In this document: piece after piece, positions 47,089 through 54,667 of the stretch
Layout of the letters: each line of letters starts with the position of its first letter
How positions within the stretch are numbered: position 1 is the stretch's first letter
Origin: Candidatus Omnitrophota bacterium
GTDB taxonomy: Bacteria > Omnitrophota > Gorgyraeia > Duberdicusellales > 4484-171
DNA length: 64,000 nucleotides
Direction: 5' to 3'
Assembly (NCBI GenBank): GCA_024231025.1
Contig: JAAEQW010000256.1
Coordinates: 2,954 to 66,953 of the forward strand
Made by a program: the position numbers and the translations under genes
Notes under the pieces: model-generated
The model's input: the letters and a program-made list of their open reading frames with translations, nothing else
Told to the model about the DNA's origin: nothing
Databases searched by the model: none

Positions 47089-48132
47089 TTGCACCTAATC
47101 TTTTTGCCAATTAAAGAAGATCTCGCAAAGGGGGGCAAATTTATAAGTGATTTAAGCGAAAGAGAACTTCTTACTAGGGAGAAAATAAGAGTAATTATCA
47201 ATGAGTTTAGCCAAGGACAAAAGCTAGATTGCGAAAAGACCAAAGCACTAAAGCATCCGGTATATGCAACAATACCTAAATCTGACTCACCGCACTACCA
47301 TAAAGTTTTTAAAAGAATTGCTCGCCAAATTGGAGAAGTAAGGCTAGGCGTTGCGTTAGGGAGTGGTGGTTCCTATGGTTTTGCCCATATTGGTGTGTTG
47401 GAAGTATTAGAAGAGAATAATATAGATATCGATATCATATGTGGCTCAAGCATGGGGTCGTTGGTTGCTGCGATGTGGGCGGCGGGATTTAGCGTCGATA
47501 AGATGAAGCAAGTTGCGGCTAATTTCGGAAAAAAATTAAACTTGTTTTCTTTTCCGGGGTTCTATTTTCCTTTTAAAGGAATTATTAAAGCTAAACGTTC
47601 GGAGAAAATTTATAAGGAAATTTTTGGTGGTCTAACATTTCATGATTTAAAACATGATCTGAAATTAGCTTCATTTGATTTTTATAAGAGAAAGGCAGCT
47701 GTTTTAGATGAGGGATTGCTTTATAAGGCAGTAGCTGCGAGTTGTGCTATTCCAGGTGTGTTTGAGCCGGTAAAAATGAAAAAAAACCTCATGCTGGATG
47801 GCGGAGTATTAAACCCTTTACCTAGTAAAATTCTTTTAAACTACGGTGTGAATAAAATAATTGCTATAAATGTAACCCCACCGTTGGAGAAAGTTGCTCT
47901 TCGTCAGAAAATCAAAGGTAAATGGCATATTTTTGATTTTATTTTTGGCACAATCGAGACTATGCAACGTGAATTTATTGATGCGGCACTAAAAGTGTCT
48001 GATGTTGTGATCCATCCTGTTTTTGAGGCGACCGATTGGGCCCATTTTGAAAATGTCGATGAATATATTGAAGCAGGAAGAAAAGCTGCCCTCGGAAAAC
48101 TCAATGACATAAAGGAGTTAAGTGAGCGATAA
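47089..48132 (+). CDS. Patatin-like phospholipase
   Basis: Oxyanion hole GSGGSYGFAHIG, serine lipase motif GSSMGS, and the catalytic Asp region (LMLDGGVLNPLP). The listed start is TTG. Confidence 0.75.
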   Translation: MHLIFLPIKEDLAKGGKFISDLSERELLTREKIRVIINEFSQGQKLDCEKTKALKHPVYATIPKSDSPHYHKVFKRIARQIGEVRLGVALGSGGSYGFAHIGVLEVLEENNIDIDIICGSSMGSLVAAMWAAGFSVDKMKQVAANFGKKLNLFSFPGFYFPFKGIIKAKRSEKIYKEIFGGLTFHDLKHDLKLASFDFYKRKAAVLDEGLLYKAVAASCAIPGVFEPVKMKKNLMLDGGVLNPLPSKILLNYGVNKIIAINVTPPLEKVALRQKIKGKWHIFDFIFGTIETMQREFIDAALKVSDVVIHPVFEATDWAHFENVDEYIEAGRKAALGKLNDIKELSER

Positions 48133-48852
48133 ATGAAAGCACTTATATCAACTTTACTAATTTTTTTTGCAGTTACTTTTAATTCCTTTTGTGCCCAAGA
48201 AGGCATCAAGGCGCGTTTTGAAGGGAAAGATACCTTAACTTATTCTGTTTATTTTAATGGATTTTTTTCTGGCAAAATTAAATGGGTTTATGTCGGCACC
48301 CAAAAAATTTCCGGTAAACAAGTTGATGTGCTGCATCTTGATTCCGACACTAAGATTTTTTCTTTTTTGGACATGACAAGCAAAGAGAAGATTTTCCTCG
48401 ATAGTCAAACTCACTTGCCGATCAAAGTCCAACGGGATATTGTGCTATTTGGCAAAGACGAAAAAATCGAGGAATTTTACAATCAAGATGAGGGCTTTGT
48501 AAGAATAACTCGCAGTACCGCGCAAGAAGTTCCACAGGAGATATTACGCCAAGACGCCCCAATTCATAATATTCTGGCACTGCTTTACTTTTTTCCTAGC
48601 GATGTTGATTTAGATAAAAAAAATAAAGCAGTTTACAATCTTCCTACACGTAAGGTGACAATTACAACTAGAGGCACGCGCAAGCTGCGCCTTGGCAAAG
48701 AAAAGGTAGAAGCTTATTTTCTTGTTGGTAAAGGGGCAAAGAGATTTAATCTTTGGCTGGATAAAAAACGCAAAACCCCTCTGCGTTTAGAGTTTTTATT
48801 TCCGGTTGGAAAAGTGACCATTGTTAAAGATTTACTCAATGAGCAAGAGTGA
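48133..48852 (+). CDS. Secreted hypothetical protein
   Basis: Signal peptide (MKALISTLLIFFAVTFNSFCAQEG) followed by a beta-rich domain. No confident family call. Confidence 0.4.
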   Translation: MKALISTLLIFFAVTFNSFCAQEGIKARFEGKDTLTYSVYFNGFFSGKIKWVYVGTQKISGKQVDVLHLDSDTKIFSFLDMTSKEKIFLDSQTHLPIKVQRDIVLFGKDEKIEEFYNQDEGFVRITRSTAQEVPQEILRQDAPIHNILALLYFFPSDVDLDKKNKAVYNLPTRKVTITTRGTRKLRLGKEKVEAYFLVGKGAKRFNLWLDKKRKTPLRLEFLFPVGKVTIVKDLLNEQE

Positions 48853-49854
48853 GTTTTTACCGCCAAAAGGGTCTTTTTCAGTTAATTTGTTATAAGGGTC
48901 AATTACCCATGAGTCACCGGCAACAAATTTGTAACGGTATTCACCTTTACTGAGAGGAAGATTTATACTCCAAATATCATTGCCAATCTTTTTTAACTTA
49001 TAGCTATTGTTCTTTTGCCATCCGTTAAAGTCACCCACAACATATACGTCAGACAAGTCTTTATCGCGATAAAATAGTGGAGCCCAGCTGGCTAAGCGGG
49101 TCATTGCCTCTATTTCATCGGTGAGGTTTTTGTAATCTTGCCCACCGCGAGAATCCGCTTTGTATTGGAAAATATCTTTTCCCGATGAAGCAGCTTCTCT
49201 TAAATGAACATTTGCCCTTATTGATGTTTTCAGTAAAAGATCGCCCAGATGTTTTTGCACTCGTTCCATAAATTCTTTAACAAAACGAGAACGCTTATCT
49301 ACCTGGGTAAATAAGTAAAAAGGTGCCGGAGCATGCCCTTGGAATTCTTTAAGCATAATTAATATGTTTTTAAGGATCTCTATCCCTCGTAAAGAAAAGT
49401 CACAGGTGCCGATCGGCACAAGAGAGTACTTACTCGCGGCCAGGGCGTTTAATGTGATCATTCCCAAATTAGGGGGACAATCTAATATGCAGTAGTCAAA
49501 ATCAGATGATATTTTTTTTAAAAGAGAAGAAAGTAGGGTAAATCGATCATCTCTTTTTAACAGCTCCTGTTCCATTGTTGCCAATCCAAGAGATGACGCG
49601 ATGAAGTAAAAGTTATCCGATACGGTGTCGTATAGCTTATCATCGGGATACAAATCGTCATGACAGAGTTTTACTAAGGCATCGGTTATTGTGTAGGTAT
49701 TATCTTTGTTAAGAGAGAAAGTGGCGTGTGCCTGTGGGTCAAGATCGATAAGCAATGTTTTGTGGCCCTTCTTGCTTAAGCCAGCGGCTAAATTTACAGC
49801 AGTGATAGTTTTGCCACAGCCACCTTTTTGGTTGATCACCGAAATTGTTTTCAT
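48832..49854 (-). CDS. ParA/MinD-type P-loop ATPase fused to a C-terminal CBM48 (AMPK-beta-type) glycogen-binding module
   Basis: Deviant Walker A (KGGCGKTITAVNLAAG) and ParA core (LLIDLDPQAHAT). The C-terminal ~85 aa are a classic CBM48/GBD (VYVVGDFNGWQKNNSYKLKK...W...LPLSKGEYRYKFVAGDSWVIDPYN). Confidence 0.8.
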   Translation of the reverse strand: MKTISVINQKGGCGKTITAVNLAAGLSKKGHKTLLIDLDPQAHATFSLNKDNTYTITDALVKLCHDDLYPDDKLYDTVSDNFYFIASSLGLATMEQELLKRDDRFTLLSSLLKKISSDFDYCILDCPPNLGMITLNALAASKYSLVPIGTCDFSLRGIEILKNILIMLKEFQGHAPAPFYLFTQVDKRSRFVKEFMERVQKHLGDLLLKTSIRANVHLREAASSGKDIFQYKADSRGGQDYKNLTDEIEAMTRLASWAPLFYRDKDLSDVYVVGDFNGWQKNNSYKLKKIGNDIWSINLPLSKGEYRYKFVAGDSWVIDPYNKLTEKDPFGGKNSLLLIE

Positions 49855-49866
49855 TTACTCCCCCTT

Positions 49867-50529
49867 TTAAGTAGGTAAATTTTCTTCTAAAAAAATATCT
49901 TTCATTAAAACCCAATTTTGGGTTTTGTTTTCAGGATAGAAATAAATAGTAACTTGATTTACCTTGTGTAAGTTTGTATTTTGTAAATCAACTTTTTTAA
50001 ACTCTATAGGAATTTTTGTAAAAGAACGAGTTTCTTTGGTGATAGTCATTTGCAGTGGATTCTTTGAGTTAGAGAAAAATCGATTATCTTTTGCTACAAC
50101 ATCTATTTTAAAGGGAAAATCACCTTTTTTCAAGCGGATAAAAAGTGATCTTTCTTTAAGGTTTACAGGTTTTTTAAACCTTATTTTTAGGCCTATTTTC
50201 TCATTGTTAGTGACGGCAAAGTAAATTGCCGATGATTTTTTCTCTACATTGCCGATGAATTCAATTTTGGCTAGTGCATGATTAACTAGAAGTGATGTTT
50301 TTGCTAGCTTAGTTAGGGGGGCTTTTCTATTTAAAACTATAAGTTCGTATTTTGAATGCAAAAAATATATACCGACGACTAAAGTGATCGTGCCCAAAAT
50401 GATAGCGGATATTAGAAGAATAGGTTTTTTGTGTTTCTTTTCTTCCTTAGGTGGGGTGAAAAAAGTTTTTTTTATTCTTTGTGAGTCCAAATAGCTATAG
50501 GCTACGGTTGCGCTGGTGCGTTTTTTCAT
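49867..50529 (-). CDS. Membrane-anchored hypothetical protein, co-transcribed upstream of the ParA-CBM48 gene (candidate partner/adaptor)
   Basis: Basic N-terminus, a single TM helix (ILLISAIILGTITLVVGIYFL), and a roughly 170-aa beta-rich domain. 12-bp gap to the next gene. Confidence 0.45.
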   Translation of the reverse strand: MKKRTSATVAYSYLDSQRIKKTFFTPPKEEKKHKKPILLISAIILGTITLVVGIYFLHSKYELIVLNRKAPLTKLAKTSLLVNHALAKIEFIGNVEKKSSAIYFAVTNNEKIGLKIRFKKPVNLKERSLFIRLKKGDFPFKIDVVAKDNRFFSNSKNPLQMTITKETRSFTKIPIEFKKVDLQNTNLHKVNQVTIYFYPENKTQNWVLMKDIFLEENLPT

Positions 50530-50620
50530 AGAGGTATATTAGCATTGAATTTTGCAGAAATCAACTATATAATTAGGCATATACGTGCGTTGCGTGTAAG
50601 GGGCAGATTGGATTTTTATC

Positions 50621-51625
50621 ATGAAACAGGCATTATTCTATAAAAAGAAAAACGATGACATTTTAGAGTGTTATTTGTGCGCTCACAACTGCTTGATTGC
50701 TGATTCGAAAACAGGGTTGTGCGGAGTCCGCAAAAACATTGAGGGAGTTCTGTATAGTTTAAATTACGCAAAGGTTGTTGCTGCTGCTATTGATCCTATT
50801 GAGAAGAAACCTCTTTTTCATTTTTTGCCAAAAAGCCTGGCCTATTCGATAGCTTGTGTTGGTTGTAATTTTCGGTGTGGGTTTTGTCAGAATTGGCAGA
50901 TTTCACAAACAAAAGAGATAAGAGGTAATTGTTACAATTTAACAGTGGAAAAAATAGTAAAGAATGCAGTAGACAATAAATGCTCTAGCATTGCTTACAC
51001 TTACACCGAACCTACCGTTTACTTTGAATTTGCTTATGATTGTTGCAAGCTTGCAAAAGAAAATAAGCTTTCTAACGTTTTTGTTACGAATGGTTATACT
51101 GGCAAAAGCGCAATAGAGAGGATTGCGCCTTTTCTTGATGCGGCTAATATTGATTTGAAATCATTTAGCAATGATTTTTATCAAAAAACATGCAAAGCGT
51201 CATTGGCCCCAGTGTTAGATACAATTACCCTTATGAAGCAGTTAGGCGTTTGGGTTGAGATAACAACCTTAATCGTTCCGGGCCTTAATGATAGTAGCGA
51301 AGAACTGTCTGATATTGCATCTTTTATTGCAAATTTAGATAAAAATATACCGTGGCATATTTCTCGTTTTCATCCGGATTATAAGTTTTCGCAATCGGAG
51401 GCGACCCCGTTAGCTACGCTAAATCGTGCCTTTGATATTGGCAAAAAGAAAGGGTTAAATTTTATTTATATCGGTAATATTATCGCTAGTAATAAGCAAA
51501 ATACTTATTGTTCGAATTGTCGTGAATCACTTATAGAGAGGGTTGGTTTTTCAGTTGTAGAAAACAATTTAGAGGGTGATAAGTGTAAATATTGCTCAAA
51601 TCTTGTTGCCGGAATTTGGGAATAG
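50621..51625 (+). CDS. AmmeMemoRadiSam system radical SAM enzyme
   Basis: Family-typical N-terminus (CYLCAHNCLIADSKTGLCGVRKN) preceding the CxxxCxxC radical SAM cluster (CVGCNFRCGFCQNW). Confidence 0.75.
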   Translation: MKQALFYKKKNDDILECYLCAHNCLIADSKTGLCGVRKNIEGVLYSLNYAKVVAAAIDPIEKKPLFHFLPKSLAYSIACVGCNFRCGFCQNWQISQTKEIRGNCYNLTVEKIVKNAVDNKCSSIAYTYTEPTVYFEFAYDCCKLAKENKLSNVFVTNGYTGKSAIERIAPFLDAANIDLKSFSNDFYQKTCKASLAPVLDTITLMKQLGVWVEITTLIVPGLNDSSEELSDIASFIANLDKNIPWHISRFHPDYKFSQSEATPLATLNRAFDIGKKKGLNFIYIGNIIASNKQNTYCSNCRESLIERVGFSVVENNLEGDKCKYCSNLVAGIWE

Positions 51626-51650
51626 ACAGGTTTAAGATATATGCTACAAT
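51623..51650 (+). promoter_or_regulatory. Promoter TAGACA-16-TACAAT ending 10 nt before the lpxA ATG (leaderless candidate)
   Basis: tagaca 51623-51628, tacaat 51645-51650. No Shine-Dalgarno before the ATG at 51661. Confidence 0.4.
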
Positions 51651-51660
51651 ATTTTTTGTT

Positions 51661-52551
51661 ATGGCAATAAATATTCATCCTAAAGCAGTTGTTAGCAAGG
51701 CCGCTATCTTAGAAGACGGGGTATCAGTGGGGCCTTACTCAGTAATTGATGATGGCGTAACCCTCGGTAAAAATGTTTGTGTTAATGCCCATGCTCATGT
51801 TAAGGGTAATACTTATATTGGAGAGGGCAGCTTTATCGGCAGTGGTGCGGTTTTAGGCGAGGCGCCTCAGTCAGTGGGGGCAACAGGGGGCGGTAAGTTG
51901 CGGATTGGTAAGAATAACATCATCAGAGAGTATGTTACGATACACAGCTCCCTTTCTAAGGATACATCTACTATTTTGGGTGATGATAATTTTTTGATGA
52001 TTTTCTCTCATATTGGTCATGATTGCAAAATCGCAAATAATGTTATAACTTGCCCGGGAGCGCTGGTTGGTGGACACGTTGAATTGAGCGATCGGGTGTT
52101 TATTTCCGGCGGAGTAGCAGTGCACCAATTTGCTAGAATAGGCAGAGGAGCGATGATTAGCGGGCTTGCACGGGTAAATCAGGATGTGCCTCCGTTTATG
52201 CTGGTTGTTGGTGACTCACGCGTTTGGGGCATTAATGTTCTTGGGGCGAAGAGGGCAAAACTTAACAGTAGCGATTTAAAAGAGTTAAAAAAAGCCTACA
52301 CTATAATTTATCGTAAAAAACTTTCAATTACCAACGCGTTAAAAGAACTTGAAAATTCAACATCAGAGGTTGTTAAAGAGATAATCATCTTTATTTTAGC
52401 TTCGAAAAGAGGGGTGTGCGGCCCAAAAAGAAATAGTTTTCTTGAAAGAATGTTTTTAGATTACCCGTATCTGCTTAGATCAAAACTTCCCGCATTTAAA
52501 GCTTTTGCCAAAGAAGAAAAACTACGTAAGCGTCTTAGTTGCAAGCGATAA
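51661..52551 (+). CDS. lpxA: Acyl-[ACP]--UDP-N-acetylglucosamine O-acyltransferase
   Basis: Left-handed beta-helix hexapeptide repeats and LpxA-specific motifs (MIFSHIGHDCKIANNVIT; GGHVELSDRVFISGGVAVHQFARIG; VNQDVPPF). Confidence 0.85.
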   Translation: MAINIHPKAVVSKAAILEDGVSVGPYSVIDDGVTLGKNVCVNAHAHVKGNTYIGEGSFIGSGAVLGEAPQSVGATGGGKLRIGKNNIIREYVTIHSSLSKDTSTILGDDNFLMIFSHIGHDCKIANNVITCPGALVGGHVELSDRVFISGGVAVHQFARIGRGAMISGLARVNQDVPPFMLVVGDSRVWGINVLGAKRAKLNSSDLKELKKAYTIIYRKKLSITNALKELENSTSEVVKEIIIFILASKRGVCGPKRNSFLERMFLDYPYLLRSKLPAFKAFAKEEKLRKRLSCKR

Positions 52552-52585
52552 TGGTTGAGTTTGTGCTATACCTAGAAATTGGCTA

Positions 52586-52610
52586 ATTATAAGGATTGCA
52601 ATTCCTTATA
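52586..52610. promoter_or_regulatory. Perfect 9-bp inverted repeat TTATAAGGA-N7-TCCTTATAA abutting the -35 of the downstream promoter (operator candidate)
   Basis: Read directly from the sequence. -35 ttgaca at 52612-52617, -10 tactat at 52635-52640, in-frame GTG at 52647. Confidence 0.4.
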
Positions 52611-53774
52611 ATTGACAAAATTCAAGGAATATGGTACTATAAAGGCGTGAATATACCAAGAATTTACGATGATTTAAATAAATACCTAAAGCCTAACAAG
52701 GCTTTAATCCTGTATGGATCTCGACAAGTTGGCAAGACCACTCTTTTAAATAAGTTTCTTTCGCAAACCTCATATAGATATAAACTAGATTCTGGTGATA
52801 ATATAAAGACACAAAATGTTTTAGGCTCAAGAGATTTTGCCTTAATTAAAGAGTATGCTCAAGGGTATGACTTGATTGCCGTTGATGAGGCTCAAAAAAT
52901 ACCTAGCGTAGGGACGGGGATTAAAATTATTGTTGACCAAATGCCGGGAGTAATGGTTATTGCTACCGGATCCTCTTCATTCGAGTTAGCTGGACAAATT
53001 GGTGAACCGCTTACCGGAAGGAAAAATACGTTAGCTTTGTATCCGATTTCTCAACTTGAGTTAATAAAGCTGCATAATCGATGTGAATTAAAAGACAGAC
53101 TCGAAGACTTTTTAGTTTTCGGTGCATATCCAGAGGTTGTAACTGCAGAAAGTAAAATCGATAAGATACGGATTATTGAAGAAATAAGCCAATCCTACCT
53201 ATTTAAAGATATCTTACAGTTAGACAAAATACGAAATTCGAAAATACTTTTAGACTTAGTTCGTTTGCTTGCTTTTCAAATTGGGAATGAAGTGTCTCTT
53301 AGCGAGATCGCTAAACAACTAGGAATCGATTATAAAACAGTTGGTCGCTATCTCGACTTACTTGAGAAATCGTTCATTATATATAATTTGCGTGGATTTA
53401 GTAGAAATCTTAGGAGTGAAATAATTAAAAAAAGTAAATATTATTTTATCGATAATGGTATACGGAATGCTATTATTTCTAATTTTAATAGCTTAGAGTT
53501 GCGTAATGATATAGGGGCGCTGTGGGAGAATTTTTTGTTTATCGAGAGATTAAAAAAGCGTACGTATAAGAATATATACGCAAATAATTATTTTTGGCGA
53601 ACATGGACACAAAAAGAAATAGACTTGGTTGAGGAACGAGACGGAAAATTATTTGCTTTCGAATTTAAATGGGGAAAAACTAGAGTAAAGCCACCTAAAG
53701 ATTGGGTTCAAGCTTATCCCGAATCAGAATTTATGGTTATTAATCAAGAAAACTACCTCGATTTTATAACCTAA
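52596..53774 (+). CDS. AAA-family ATPase with a DUF4143 C-terminal domain
   Basis: Walker A ILYGSRQVGKTTLL and Walker B LIAVDEAQ. The true start is probably the in-frame GTG at 52647 (leaderless); the listed start is a TTG inside the palindrome. Confidence 0.6.
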   Translation: MQFLIIDKIQGIWYYKGVNIPRIYDDLNKYLKPNKALILYGSRQVGKTTLLNKFLSQTSYRYKLDSGDNIKTQNVLGSRDFALIKEYAQGYDLIAVDEAQKIPSVGTGIKIIVDQMPGVMVIATGSSSFELAGQIGEPLTGRKNTLALYPISQLELIKLHNRCELKDRLEDFLVFGAYPEVVTAESKIDKIRIIEEISQSYLFKDILQLDKIRNSKILLDLVRLLAFQIGNEVSLSEIAKQLGIDYKTVGRYLDLLEKSFIIYNLRGFSRNLRSEIIKKSKYYFIDNGIRNAIISNFNSLELRNDIGALWENFLFIERLKKRTYKNIYANNYFWRTWTQKEIDLVEERDGKLFAFEFKWGKTRVKPPKDWVQAYPESEFMVINQENYLDFIT

Positions 53775-53797
53775 AACTACTAGTTGCTATGTGTTGA

Positions 53798-54562
53798 TTA
53801 TGTTGTTTTAGTTGCAAAAACTAACCATCCGGTGTGTGAAGGCATTGTTTGCTCGGGGCGAGTTTTACCGCGGCGAACAAGAATTCTGCGAACCAATACT
53901 TCAATTGTTTCGATATTAACAAAACCTTTATCTTCTAAGGCAAAAACAGTTTTGGTAAGCTGATCAAACGTTGGGCAAATTGTTGCAAGTTGACACCCTC
54001 CCTTTAAGGATTTATGCGCAGCATCAATTAGGGCCCACTGGCTTCCGATGTCAATCATTACAAAGTCTACTTCTTTTTGTGGATACTCATCAAATATTTC
54101 TTGATGGTTAAATTCAACCCATTCACTTAAACCGTTTTTTTCCAGGTTTTTTTTAGCATTCTGTAAAAACTCTTCGTTTCTTTCGTAGCTGTAAACTTTG
54201 CCGGTGGGTCTTACAAAATTAGCTAGTGCTGTGGTTAACGCGCCTGATCCAATACCGGATTCAATGACGTTTGCGCCGGGAAAAATCTGACCCCGAGTTA
54301 AAATTAAGCCAATATCTTTTGGATAAATAATTTGGGTTTGGCGTTTTACCTTCATTATTTTTTCGTGCAGAGTTGGCTTAAGCAGGTAGAAGTCATCACC
54401 CAAATTGGTGCTTACTTTTTCACCGAAATCCTTGCCAATAAAGGCGCTCATATCCAAAAATCCTTTATCAGTATGCAGACGTCCGCCCTGCACCTTTATC
54501 AGAAAGTTTCTGCGATGGTCGTGATACACCAAAACTAAATCACCCGCCTCAATCATGCTCAT
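53798..54562 (-). CDS. SAM-dependent methyltransferase of the tRNA (adenine-N1)-methyltransferase TrmI/Gcd14 family
   Basis: Rossmann SAM motif VIESGIGSGALTTALA with a GCD14-like N-terminal beta domain. Confidence 0.6.
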   Translation of the reverse strand: MSMIEAGDLVLVYHDHRRNFLIKVQGGRLHTDKGFLDMSAFIGKDFGEKVSTNLGDDFYLLKPTLHEKIMKVKRQTQIIYPKDIGLILTRGQIFPGANVIESGIGSGALTTALANFVRPTGKVYSYERNEEFLQNAKKNLEKNGLSEWVEFNHQEIFDEYPQKEVDFVMIDIGSQWALIDAAHKSLKGGCQLATICPTFDQLTKTVFALEDKGFVNIETIEVLVRRILVRRGKTRPEQTMPSHTGWLVFATKTT

Positions 54563-54574
54563 AATATACCAGTT

Positions 54575-54605
54575 TAAATAATTCTTGCAAGAAAATAAGG
54601 TTTGT
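54575..54605. repeat. 31-bp direct repeat copy 1 (TAAATAATTCTTGCAAGAAAATAAGGTTTGT), containing the perfect palindrome TTCTTGCAAGAA. Lies between the trmI-like start and the 3' end of giant gene B
   Basis: Identical to 58966-58996. Confidence 0.85.
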
Positions 54606-54667
54606 TATTAATACAAGGAATAAATTTTTGATGTAGCAGTGTAGTAGTGTAGTAATGTGGTGGTAAT

